DNA from: a virus
Lineage: Duplodnaviria > Caudoviricetes
Virus record (IMG/VR): IMGVR_UViG_3300030331_003305
Coordinates: 1-51,048 of that record
Length of the DNA: 51,048 nt
Strand: one strand, 5' to 3'
The position numbers were made by a program, and so were the translations under genes. Positions 1 to 7,933 of the stretch are shown in pieces. A model generated the notes under the pieces. That model searched no databases and was not told the origin of the DNA. It saw only the letters and a list, made by a program, of their open reading frames with translations. Position 1 is the first letter of the stretch, and the number at the start of each line of letters is the position of its first letter.

Positions 1-352
1 AAATCTTCAGCCGCTTACTGGGCGGATAAGGTGAAGTGGTAACATGCCTTCTAATTCAAAAAGATCTGAAGCAGCTACGTCTACAGTAAATAAATCCGGT
101 AACTACACAAAGCCCACTATGCGAAAGCGTTTATTCTATAGAATAAAAGCCGGTAGCAAAGGTGGAAAAGCGGGTGAGTGGAGTGCTAGGAAAGCCCAGA
201 TGCTGGCCTCTCAATACAAAAAGGCTGGTGGGGGATACAAGTAATGCCCACTCACAAAAGGCGTTTAGCAGCAGCTCAAAAGAGTTTGAAAAAATGGTCA
301 GACCAGAAATGGCGTACTCCCAGTGGTAAACCGTCTGGAGAAACTGGAGAGG
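1..352. repeat. Left copy of terminal overlap (circular/permuted genome)
   Basis: 1-63 is identical to 50700-50762; 236-352 matches 50932-51048 with one mismatch (288 G vs 50984 A); 64-235 is diverged. Confidence 0.95.
44..244 (+). CDS. Small basic phage protein, DUF5872-like N-terminal half (allele A)
   Basis: NYTKPxMRKRLF..IKAG.KGG..G.WSARKAQMLA.QYK.AGGGY motif; TAATG coupling to the next gene. Confidence 0.8.
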   Translation: MPSNSKRSEAATSTVNKSGNYTKPTMRKRLFYRIKAGSKGGKAGEWSARKAQMLASQYKKAGGGYK

Positions 353-507
353 TTTATGCGCCTTCTGCGACAATCGCTTCTTTGAAATCTTCAAAAGCCG
401 GGAAGAAAAAACTAGCCGAGGCTAACAAAAAGAAAAGAGAAGCTACCAAAAAAGGTGAGCAGTATGCTAAACATGGATTGCACAAAGGTAAGAAGGGGTA
501 CGCATGA
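244..507 (+). CDS. Small basic phage protein, DUF5872-like C-terminal half
   Basis: QKSLKKW..QKWRT.SGKPS..TGEVY.P...NKKKR.A.K.G.QY motif; coupled to the upstream gene. Confidence 0.75.
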   Translation: MPTHKRRLAAAQKSLKKWSDQKWRTPSGKPSGETGEVYAPSATIASLKSSKAGKKKLAEANKKKREATKKGEQYAKHGLHKGKKGYA

Positions 508-668
508 GTATGGAAGATATGCGAAAGAAAGCAGCTAAGAAAGCTATGGATTTGAGCAAATCCGAGAAAGCTGTAGTTAAAGAAATTATCGGAGAGCTGA
601 AGAAGGCTGTTGCGATGCACACTAGCCAACATGAAAGACTACAAAAGATTTTAGATAAGTCTGAATAG
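504..668 (+). CDS. 54-aa hypothetical protein (not in ORF track): MSMEDMRKKAAKKAMDLSKSEKAVVKEIIGELKKAVAMHTSQHERLQKILDKSE
   Basis: ATGA overlap with the upstream stop; fills the gap before 678. Confidence 0.75.
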   Translation: MSMEDMRKKAAKKAMDLSKSEKAVVKEIIGELKKAVAMHTSQHERLQKILDKSE

Positions 669-677
669 GAGAATACA

Positions 678-1070
678 ATGCCACTACTAAGTAAAGAAGA
701 ACGCCAGACCCTAACCCCCGATGAAAAGCGAGCACTGCGTAAAGAACGCAGGGCTAAGCGGCGGGAGGAACGAGGCCCCTTTTTAGGGATTAAGTGGGAG
801 AAGATGGAGCCCATAGCCGAGGAGCTTATTCTAGACATCGCATCGGATGTAATCCCCGGCGAAGAAAAAATGAAAGAAGTCATCGACGATTTGGCCGAGC
901 GAGCTGACGACTTCTTGGAGTGGAAGGGACTACCCTTCTTTGTGTCTGCTGCGCTTGAGGCAGTTGACGGTATCATTATTAAAGCGATTGCCCGTGGTAT
1001 TCTTAAAGGTCCAGTGCAGAAGGTATACGACCGAATGAAAGAAGAAGGCAAGTTAGACGGGGAAGAATAG
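678..1070 (+). CDS. Hypothetical protein
   Basis: AGGAG SD upstream; tight operon packing. Confidence 0.8.
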   Translation: MPLLSKEERQTLTPDEKRALRKERRAKRREERGPFLGIKWEKMEPIAEELILDIASDVIPGEEKMKEVIDDLAERADDFLEWKGLPFFVSAALEAVDGIIIKAIARGILKGPVQKVYDRMKEEGKLDGEE

Positions 1071-1297
1071 TGGCTTACGACCCAAATAGCAAAAAAGCCA
1101 AGTTGCAACGAGCTATGTTGGGTCGTCTTAACTACAAGATGGGAAAAGAAGGCGACGGCAAGGACGTTTCCCATCAACCGGATGGTTCTGTTAAACTAGA
1201 GAAAGCCAGCAGGAACAGGGGAAGAAAAGGCGAGGGCGGTCGAAAGAAGGGCGTTCCTCACAATTATCCCAAGAAGCGGGATTCTCGCTTGAATTAG
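1070..1297 (+). CDS. Small basic protein, degenerate HNH-like
   Basis: GDGKDVSH...E..S.NR motif resembles small phage HNH-type proteins; GTG start overlaps the upstream stop. Confidence 0.5.
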   Translation: MAYDPNSKKAKLQRAMLGRLNYKMGKEGDGKDVSHQPDGSVKLEKASRNRGRKGEGGRKKGVPHNYPKKRDSRLN

Positions 1298-2182
1298 ATG
1301 GTGGATTACTGGTACATAAGAAAGCAGCGTGCAGCCCTATTAGAAAGAGAAAGAGATATGCCCAGCACAATCAGAAAAGGCTCTACAGGCGCAGATGTTA
1401 GGCTCTGTCAAGAACTCCTAAATGAGCAGGGGTTTTCTACGGGTGTGGATGGAGTGTTCGGCTCCGGTACGGAGAAGTCCGTTAAGTCTTTTCAATCGGC
1501 TAAGGGCCTCACCGCGGATGGTATAGTAGGACCTGCTACTTGGGCAGCTCTAGAAACGCCCGCACAAAAACTTGGGTCTGTAGAGTTTTCCAAAGTAGCC
1601 GAGCTGTTTCCGTACCTGTTCCCTCAAACCTACATATTGTCCGGGGCTCAATGCCCTAGCAACCCACCTGGGGTTGCCTTAAAACGTATAGGTCAAGAGA
1701 CCAGCAACTGTGTGCTTTTTACAGCATGGCTCTTGAGCACAGCCTTCCATAACGTCTATCCCAGCATTAAGTTTGTAGGAGACCAATGGTCCAAATGGAT
1801 GGTCTCTGGCAAGGCTCCTACGGGAGTAGCTCCTGCACCTGATTACGGTCCAAAGGTAATTATGGAATGGGGCATGGGAAAGCCCCAACCGTCTGCACCT
1901 GGGCCTTGGTTAGTGCAGACGTTTAGTGAGACCGGTGGGCACAGTTACATAGTGTTAGCTGACGATCCTTCTGGGAAGATTCTTACGTTAGAAAGTAATG
2001 CGTCTCTAAATGGATGCGGCTGGAATCAGATAGGTCCTTTGCGGGAAATCGAAAACCCAGGGCCTAATTGGGCAGACAAGGTAACACAAACATGGGCAAA
2101 CAGGATATACTCCAATCGTGCTGTTCACATATGTAGCCTCAATATAACAGGCGTACAAGAGTGGCTGGAGAGTGCCCAATGA
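1298..2182 (+). CDS. Endolysin: N-terminal peptidoglycan-binding domain plus CHAP/papain-like catalytic domain (alternative start 1358)
   Basis: IRKGSTGADVRLCQ..L...DGVFG..TE.SVK.FQ..KGL.ADGIVGPATW is PG_binding_1; NCVLF / GHSYIV / TLESN has CHAP-like Cys-His-ExN spacing. Confidence 0.8.
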   Translation: MVDYWYIRKQRAALLERERDMPSTIRKGSTGADVRLCQELLNEQGFSTGVDGVFGSGTEKSVKSFQSAKGLTADGIVGPATWAALETPAQKLGSVEFSKVAELFPYLFPQTYILSGAQCPSNPPGVALKRIGQETSNCVLFTAWLLSTAFHNVYPSIKFVGDQWSKWMVSGKAPTGVAPAPDYGPKVIMEWGMGKPQPSAPGPWLVQTFSETGGHSYIVLADDPSGKILTLESNASLNGCGWNQIGPLREIENPGPNWADKVTQTWANRIYSNRAVHICSLNITGVQEWLESAQ

Positions 2183-2610
2183 CTAACGTAGAAGATACTG
2201 TTACCATCCACGGTAAACGGATTGCTAGTCTGGAGAATGATGTGAACACATTAAAAGTAGACACTTCCAAGTTGCAGTTGACTCTTGACCACCAAGATGA
2301 GCGACAACAAGAACGCTTTAATACTCTCTGCACCTCCCAGATAGAGCTGAAAGACATTATGAAAGCCCGCATGGAAGCGGATGAAAAGCGTGCCGAGGAG
2401 TCTAGAAAGTACCGAGCGGAGCGGGAAAAGCAGGAAGCGGATGCTAACTTGCAAAAGCAGAAGTGGATGCAGTCTTTACTTACTCCTCAAACTATGGTTA
2501 TTATCTTGGTTATCTTAGCAGGATTATTCGGGGTTAAGGGTCTCGATATGATGGATGCTGCAACCCTTGTAACTGAACCCAGCTCACCGCCCACAGGGAC
2601 TATCCCATAG
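2179..2610 (+). CDS. Coiled-coil protein with C-terminal transmembrane helix; holin-like lysis protein
   Basis: GGAG SD before ATG 2179; heptad-like N-terminal half; TMVIILVILAGLFGV hydrophobic segment; directly follows the endolysin. Confidence 0.55.
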   Translation: MTNVEDTVTIHGKRIASLENDVNTLKVDTSKLQLTLDHQDERQQERFNTLCTSQIELKDIMKARMEADEKRAEESRKYRAEREKQEADANLQKQKWMQSLLTPQTMVIILVILAGLFGVKGLDMMDAATLVTEPSSPPTGTIP

Positions 2611-2618
2611 GAAGTATT

Positions 2619-2729
2619 ATGGAAAAGAATCGCTACATGAAAGCAGCCAAGGCAACTATGGCTAAGATGAAAAAGAAGAAAGGCAAAAAGAAAGAGCCTA
2701 AAAAAGCCGAAAGCAAAGGCGGCTACTAA
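2619..2729 (+). CDS. 36-aa very basic peptide (not in ORF track): MEKNRYMKAAKATMAKMKKKKGKKKEPKKAESKGGY
   Basis: AGGAAG upstream; TAATG overlap with the next gene. Confidence 0.7.
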   Translation: MEKNRYMKAAKATMAKMKKKKGKKKEPKKAESKGGY

Positions 2730-3004
2730 TGGCTAACCGCTATCGCAAGGCTGCGAAGGCGGCGATGAAAAAAGAAAAAGGTGGGCTATCTGAAGCGCGG
2801 GAACGCATGGAAGAAAAGGGCACCGTAGGCGAGTTCACAGCCAAAGCCAAGCGTGCTGGGTTTACGAAAGCCGATGGCTCTGGTGATGCTCAAGCGTATG
2901 CACGAGAGGTGCTCGCCAATAAGGATAAACACGACGAGGAAACCATTAAGCAAGCCCAGTTTGCGAAGAACATGGGTGACCTCGCAAAAGACAAAGATGA
3001 ATAG
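2729..3004 (+). CDS. Small phage protein
   Basis: Coupled ORF; G.FTAKAK.AG...Q.YA..VL......K.A.FA.N pattern typical of small late phage proteins. Confidence 0.75.
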   Translation: MANRYRKAAKAAMKKEKGGLSEARERMEEKGTVGEFTAKAKRAGFTKADGSGDAQAYAREVLANKDKHDEETIKQAQFAKNMGDLAKDKDE

Positions 3005-3209
3005 CTACCTCATCCAAAGCCTCGGTGGTATGTCGATGGGCATGTGGAAAGGTAAGAATCCACAAGAGGCCCTTCTGAAGTTCTACCGCAAGCGCGGCTA
3101 TACCAAAGAAGCTGTTTGGATTGAGGATGGAGAGCTAGTATTTGCTGATGATGTATTAGACATCTTTGGCAGCTCCCCAAACACCTGGCTTGTAGAGCGT
3201 ATCAATTAG
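2997..3209 (+). CDS. 70-aa hypothetical protein (start ATG 2997 rather than 2853)
   Basis: Overlaps the upstream stop; ends at the convergence point of the two arms. Confidence 0.6.
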   Translation: MNSYLIQSLGGMSMGMWKGKNPQEALLKFYRKRGYTKEAVWIEDGELVFADDVLDIFGSSPNTWLVERIN

Positions 3210-3717
3210 TCGGTAGCCCAGCTCTGCCTGTTCGACCTGTGGCGTACAGACCTATACCTATAGCGTCCCACATATCGTGAGTGCCATCGGGGTCTACGCA
3301 CTTGTGCTCGGATTTACTTAGAGCTTTTTCTATCCTTCGTCTATGGACATTTTTAGGTATGTTACCCTTCCACTGGTTTGGATACACGTAGTCTTTAACC
3401 AGAATACCATACTTCTGGAAGGCATCAAGAACGTCAAAGAGCGCGTCTACCCCACGAAACGTAGCGCGTTTTTTTGCGTAGTATTTAGGGACTTCAAACA
3501 CAAACTGCGGAGCAGCTTGGTCAAAGCCTTCCACATATTCAATCCAAAGGTCCTCTACTTGAGAGGGCAGATTGAGCAGATTACCTCCAGGGCGTATGCT
3601 GCACGCATACAGGAGCTGCGTCTGGTGAGGCTCGCAACCCCACACAGACACTCCGCATACCCTTTTACCGGGGTCAATGGCTATTAGAAGATGGGAAGCT
3701 ACTCTTTCTGCGTTCAT
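3202..3717 (-). CDS. RuvC-like Holliday junction resolvase
   Basis: IAIDPG...G, VFEVP, P..WKG, HD.WDAIGIGL catalytic motifs. Confidence 0.85.
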   Translation of the reverse strand: MNAERVASHLLIAIDPGKRVCGVSVWGCEPHQTQLLYACSIRPGGNLLNLPSQVEDLWIEYVEGFDQAAPQFVFEVPKYYAKKRATFRGVDALFDVLDAFQKYGILVKDYVYPNQWKGNIPKNVHRRRIEKALSKSEHKCVDPDGTHDMWDAIGIGLYATGRTGRAGLPTN

Positions 3718-5659
3718 CTGGACTCTCCCACACTAGAAGTTTGCCACTGTCATCGTAGACAGGGGCAGCATCTTTGTACCACCTTCGCATAAGAGCGGGC
3801 TCCGCTTCAATAGGAACATCAGGGATGTACTCCTGCATAGTCTTTACCATCAGCTCTGCCATAGCAGGTGCCCACTTGTGTGCGGTATCTTCTGGCCCTT
3901 CTGCGATGATCTCATCGTGAATGAGTACCCAAGGGTACACACCCTCAAAAGGAACCGAAGATGTGTAGCAACGCTTACACAGCTCCCACATAGCGTACTT
4001 GATTCCATCTGCAGTAAGACCTTGGAAGAAGGAGTTACAGGCAGAGGTATAAGATACATCCCCGCGGATTCGACCAGAGCGCAACTGCACGATAGTCCCA
4101 TCCAGTTTGGTCATCCTGCTAACGTCCTCGAAGTATTGGCGTGTCTCCTCCCACTCATCGAGCCACGCTTTACGAAGCTCACGAGCGCGGGTAATGTCGA
4201 TGTGCTTGCCGTAGTTGTTGCAGTATTCAACGAAGGTCTCTGCTGCCAGCCCACCTGGGAATCCGAAGTTGGCAATCTTGGCAAACTGCCTAGCCTCCTT
4301 CACTTCTTTGTGCTCTGGGTGGGTATCGTCCTTCAGAGCTTCTTTGGCAAGCTCCAGCTCCATACCGATAAGACTGGCCCCGAACTGCAGATGAGGGTCT
4401 ACCCCACGCTGGAAAGCCTCTGCTAGTCTGCTGTTCCCATACCAGTCTAGTTGGACCTGTGCGAAGGCCCGCAGCTCTATACTACTGTAGTCCACAGTGC
4501 AGAAGATGTTACCGGGTTGAGGTATGAAGCACTCTCGGAATCCAGACTTGCGAGGGGGATTCTGCAGGTTGGGGTACTTCCAACTCGTTCTACCAGAGCG
4601 CACCAGCACGTTTGGCTTGGAGCAGATGGGGTTTCTAATCCCTTGCTCTAAGATGGGCAGGTAGGTATTGAGGAGCTTCTCGGCGTTGAGATTCTTCGCG
4701 TATTCTGCCAACTGCAAGTTGCCTGACTTCTGCAGAGTCTTACGGTCTGTTTTGATTGCACCCTTGGCAGTGACAGGTGGGTTGTCACCGTAGGCTTCTG
4801 CAACCAATCCTTTGAGTATCTTCATGTTTCGAGAGCCGTCGAGTCGCATGAAGCCCAAGTCCATAGCGATTGCCCTAGCTTCTTCCACTTGGTCCATCAC
4901 TTGGATTCTGAAGTTGCCCACGGCTACGGGGTCTGTGACTACACCTCGACATGCCATCAGATGCAGAGCGAGCGCGGCTGCAGTCTGCTCCAGTTCGTTT
5001 ACTACCAATCCTTCTCTATGCAAAGGCTGAATGGTAGTGCCCACTCGGACACCTGCAGGTGTTTGATTCTGGGCCTCAAAGACGCGCCTAGCCCATGTGG
5101 AGTCCTGGGCACTGTAGACCAAGGCTGCTTCGGGCCACTCTCGCAGAGGTACGAACTCCAACTCATTGTACCTAAGTCTCCAGCTATCTCCGGTCTTGGT
5201 AGCACTGATGTCCACTTTGAAATACTTCTTCACTAGGTCGGCGAGGCTGTACTTCATCTTCTGCTTTGTCTCGTGATGGAAGTCTAAGTCGCCATGTGCG
5301 ACGTTGATGAGCTTTTCTCGCAGCAGGGTGTCACGTAGCTTGCCCTTTTCCATCATGGCGAATATGTCTGCGATGAACTGGGGCTCTTTCTTTATGAGCA
5401 CGCCCAAGTCGAAAGAGAGGTTGTGAGCCACCAGCACGACATCAGGGTCGGCACTCAAGTTTGCAAAGACGTAGCGCGTGTGTCGTGCAGAGTAGACAAC
5501 TTCCCAGCCGTCATCTACAGACCTCCACCAGCTCTCCTCGTCACGGGGTAAGTACTTAGGGGGCTCCCCTCTACCCGCTAGTGAGATGCACACAGCTCTA
5601 GGAGCTAAGCATCCGGGTTTAATGGGGTGGGTTTCAAAGTCAAATCCAATTAGTCTCAT
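3674..5659 (-). CDS. polA: Family A DNA polymerase with 3'-5' exonuclease
   Basis: ExoI GFDFET, ExoII AHNLSFD, ExoIII YSAQD; SGRTS..PNLQN, motif A DYSSIELR, motif B RQFAKIANFG, motif C IHDEI; GGAG SD before ATG 5659. Confidence 0.95.
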   Translation of the reverse strand: MRLIGFDFETHPIKPGCLAPRAVCISLAGRGEPPKYLPRDEESWWRSVDDGWEVVYSARHTRYVFANLSADPDVVLVAHNLSFDLGVLIKKEPQFIADIFAMMEKGKLRDTLLREKLINVAHGDLDFHHETKQKMKYSLADLVKKYFKVDISATKTGDSWRLRYNELEFVPLREWPEAALVYSAQDSTWARRVFEAQNQTPAGVRVGTTIQPLHREGLVVNELEQTAAALALHLMACRGVVTDPVAVGNFRIQVMDQVEEARAIAMDLGFMRLDGSRNMKILKGLVAEAYGDNPPVTAKGAIKTDRKTLQKSGNLQLAEYAKNLNAEKLLNTYLPILEQGIRNPICSKPNVLVRSGRTSWKYPNLQNPPRKSGFRECFIPQPGNIFCTVDYSSIELRAFAQVQLDWYGNSRLAEAFQRGVDPHLQFGASLIGMELELAKEALKDDTHPEHKEVKEARQFAKIANFGFPGGLAAETFVEYCNNYGKHIDITRARELRKAWLDEWEETRQYFEDVSRMTKLDGTIVQLRSGRIRGDVSYTSACNSFFQGLTADGIKYAMWELCKRCYTSSVPFEGVYPWVLIHDEIIAEGPEDTAHKWAPAMAELMVKTMQEYIPDVPIEAEPALMRRWYKDAAPVYDDSGKLLVWESPDERRKSSFPSSNSH

Positions 5660-5678
5660 GGGTATCTCCAAAAAGAAA

Positions 5679-5767
5679 GCTCCACGAAAGGCGGGACTAT
5701 GTGCTGGCACAACGCAAATGCACCTGTCCATCTGGGAGCAGATGAACGCACTGCCTATCGTGGAGCT
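5679..5767 (-). other. Structured intergenic RNA element upstream of polA
   Basis: Perfect 10-bp closing stem AGCTCCACGA/TCGTGGAGCT enclosing further stems, followed by TTCTTTTT. Confidence 0.6.
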
Positions 5768-5781
5768 AAATGGTTACAGCT

Positions 5782-6216
5782 CTATCCGTTGTGAGAACGC
5801 CAGATGACTTTCATAAAGGGGTTGCCTTTCAGTGTAGTGATGGTCTTTGCGTCTGCGACAACCTCAATACCACTGATAGCCGAACCGTCGCCTTGCGAAA
5901 GCTCCTCGCACATTTCGGATGTTACATCACCATAATCCACACCACTGGCTGCAGCTACGAAGCCTTTGACAGCAGATAGGAAGGTTTCTTTCTGGCGGCA
6001 CATGACGACCCAAGACACTCGTTCACCTGCTCGGTTGCTCTCCTCATCACCGTTAGTGACTTCCAGAACAGTGGCTTCTACTGCCACGTAAGGAGTGTTA
6101 TCGCGGCGGCTGCTGCCTTGTACGAACTTGTGAAGCTCTACGAGGTACGTTCCGTCTGCGAAGTATCGTTGTTGGGCGGGTGCCGCTGCTGTTTCAATGT
6201 TTGCAAAAATACTCAT
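5782..6216 (-). CDS. Putative single-stranded DNA-binding protein (OB-fold-like)
   Basis: YF.DGTYLV.L...G.SR...PY motif; position between helicase and polymerase; AAGGA SD before ATG 6216. Confidence 0.55.
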   Translation of the reverse strand: MSIFANIETAAAPAQQRYFADGTYLVELHKFVQGSSRRDNTPYVAVEATVLEVTNGDEESNRAGERVSWVVMCRQKETFLSAVKGFVAAASGVDYGDVTSEMCEELSQGDGSAISGIEVVADAKTITTLKGNPFMKVIWRSHNG

Positions 6217-6259
6217 TAGTTTTCCTTTTGTTTGAGTTTCTGATTCATTCTTTTTCTGT

Positions 6260-7933
6260 CTAACATTTAGACCAGTCACAGTAACATAGTTTTTGTTTGT
6301 TACCAGTCGTTTCTTCAATATACTTAGCTTGTTTCTTTGCGCTCTCCAAAGCGCGGGTTTGAGGCCAGTAATCCTGGCATACGGTTGTGTAAACTGTGTC
6401 AGCCCTCTGGCCGCTTCGATGGGTACGTCCGAGCAACTGCTCCCAAGTGGCTCCCGTAGGAGGAGGCTCAACAACTAGATTGTTTGCCCATGCTTGATAA
6501 TTACGGCCTTTATGGTGGATGGGGATTGACAATCCACAGGTCTGCCCAGGCGCGGGGTCAGTTCGATGGTGGACAGGCACCCCAAACTCTTTCATCTTCT
6601 CACCCACAGCTCGGCTCTGGAACCACACGAGGGTGGGGTCCTTCTGGCTTTTGACCCAGTTGCAGATGTCTCGAAGATAGTCCGAGCTAATCCAAACTGC
6701 CTTGACAGGAGGAGCGGGTCTGTGCTTTAGAGCTGCCCACGCGAAGTAAGTATTCTGCAGTTTGCGACTGCCCCCTCCAGACATAATCCATTTGACGAGC
6801 AGACTCTCGCTGTCTACGCCTTCTCGACTATGGTATCGAAGATAGCTTCCACAGGCAGAGTTCCACGCTTTTCGCGCGTCGTTCCACTCGTGGTCTACAC
6901 TACCGTCTGGCCAGTCCCACACGTAGTAGAATCCTAAACTCAACTGACGGGCTGCACGCATAAACTCCAGAGCATCGGCTAGGTACTCGCCGTTGGGTAG
7001 CTCCCAGTCAGCACCTAGCTTTTGTAGAGCTGCAGTTATCTTACGGTCCCTTCGTCCCTCCCAACCTTGCAGTACGAGGCTGCATCCAACGCTGCCTTCC
7101 TCTGATGCGACTACGCCCAAGGTATTTCGGAAGCGAGCTTGGAACGCTTTTCGATACACAGCTTCGCTGTCAGTGCCTTCCCCATGCCACGCGACCATTG
7201 GCATCAGAGCTTTGTAGGCGCGTCGGTCGGGCTCTCCATCTGGGTCCAACACGGATGACCAGATGTCCAAGGTTCTTTCATCTAGAGGGAGAGGGCTACC
7301 CCCACGTAAGGCTAGTTCGCAGAGGTGCCCATAGTCTTTCAGGGACTTCGAAGTAAGTGTACCAGATAATGCTGCGAAACGGGTACTAGGATTTTTTTGC
7401 ATGTAGCGAATAAACCGTTTGGTTCGTGCTGCCGTAGGGTGTCGGAGGCAGTGGGCCTCGTCAGCGATGATGCAATCAGGTTTGATAACTTCTAGTACGT
7501 TCCCACGGGTAGGTGAGCTTAGGTCGCTGTAGGCTACGATGTGGGGCATGGGGAAGTCGTAGTGCTGTGACCACTCCTGTAGGTCTCTACGACACTGCTC
7601 TCGCATGGCAGGGGGGATAAGGAGCACAGGCTTCTTACAGCCCCAAACCACAGGTAGCAGGAATGATGTGAGGGTCTTGCCATGTCCTACCCCAATGGCA
7701 CCGATGATGCCTTTGGGTGCGGGTAGTTGTTTGGCGACCTCCAACACTAAGCCCTGTAGAGGAAATAGTGTAGGTGCATCGACGTGGTTGCGTAATTCCT
7801 TGGTCATTCGGACGTGCGCGTCGGGCATGTCAGGGGTCTGGGGTAGCTTTAGAATACGCTCCATGTCTGTCTTGATTCCCTTCAGCTCCCTGGCTCTACG
7901 TGCTTTCTCAAGTGTGTTAGAAGCAGTCATCAT
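6260..7933 (-). CDS. SF2 (SNF2-like) DNA helicase
   Basis: GVGHGKT, IIADEAH, LSGT, EQLLGRTHRSGQ. Confidence 0.9.
   Translation of the reverse strand: MMTASNTLEKARRARELKGIKTDMERILKLPQTPDMPDAHVRMTKELRNHVDAPTLFPLQGLVLEVAKQLPAPKGIIGAIGVGHGKTLTSFLLPVVWGCKKPVLLIPPAMREQCRRDLQEWSQHYDFPMPHIVAYSDLSSPTRGNVLEVIKPDCIIADEAHCLRHPTAARTKRFIRYMQKNPSTRFAALSGTLTSKSLKDYGHLCELALRGGSPLPLDERTLDIWSSVLDPDGEPDRRAYKALMPMVAWHGEGTDSEAVYRKAFQARFRNTLGVVASEEGSVGCSLVLQGWEGRRDRKITAALQKLGADWELPNGEYLADALEFMRAARQLSLGFYYVWDWPDGSVDHEWNDARKAWNSACGSYLRYHSREGVDSESLLVKWIMSGGGSRKLQNTYFAWAALKHRPAPPVKAVWISSDYLRDICNWVKSQKDPTLVWFQSRAVGEKMKEFGVPVHHRTDPAPGQTCGLSIPIHHKGRNYQAWANNLVVEPPPTGATWEQLLGRTHRSGQRADTVYTTVCQDYWPQTRALESAKKQAKYIEETTGNKQKLCYCDWSKC

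Noticed and set aside
64-235. Diversity-generating retroelement TR/VR pair (end copies)
   Set aside because: Differences are not adenine-specific, include an indel, and no reverse transcriptase is present.
467-1177. Long antisense ORFs (also 43673-44284, 44999-45769 and many others)
   Set aside because: Shadow frames opposite well-supported genes.
5660-5731. N-terminal extension of PolA in the ORF track (also SSB 6217-6474)
   Set aside because: Better SD-linked starts exist at 5659 and 6216; the extensions overlap an RNA structure or the helicase.
5679-5767. Hammerhead ribozyme (CGAAA and CAGATGA on the plus strand)
   Set aside because: The core is not CUGANGA and stem II does not follow it.
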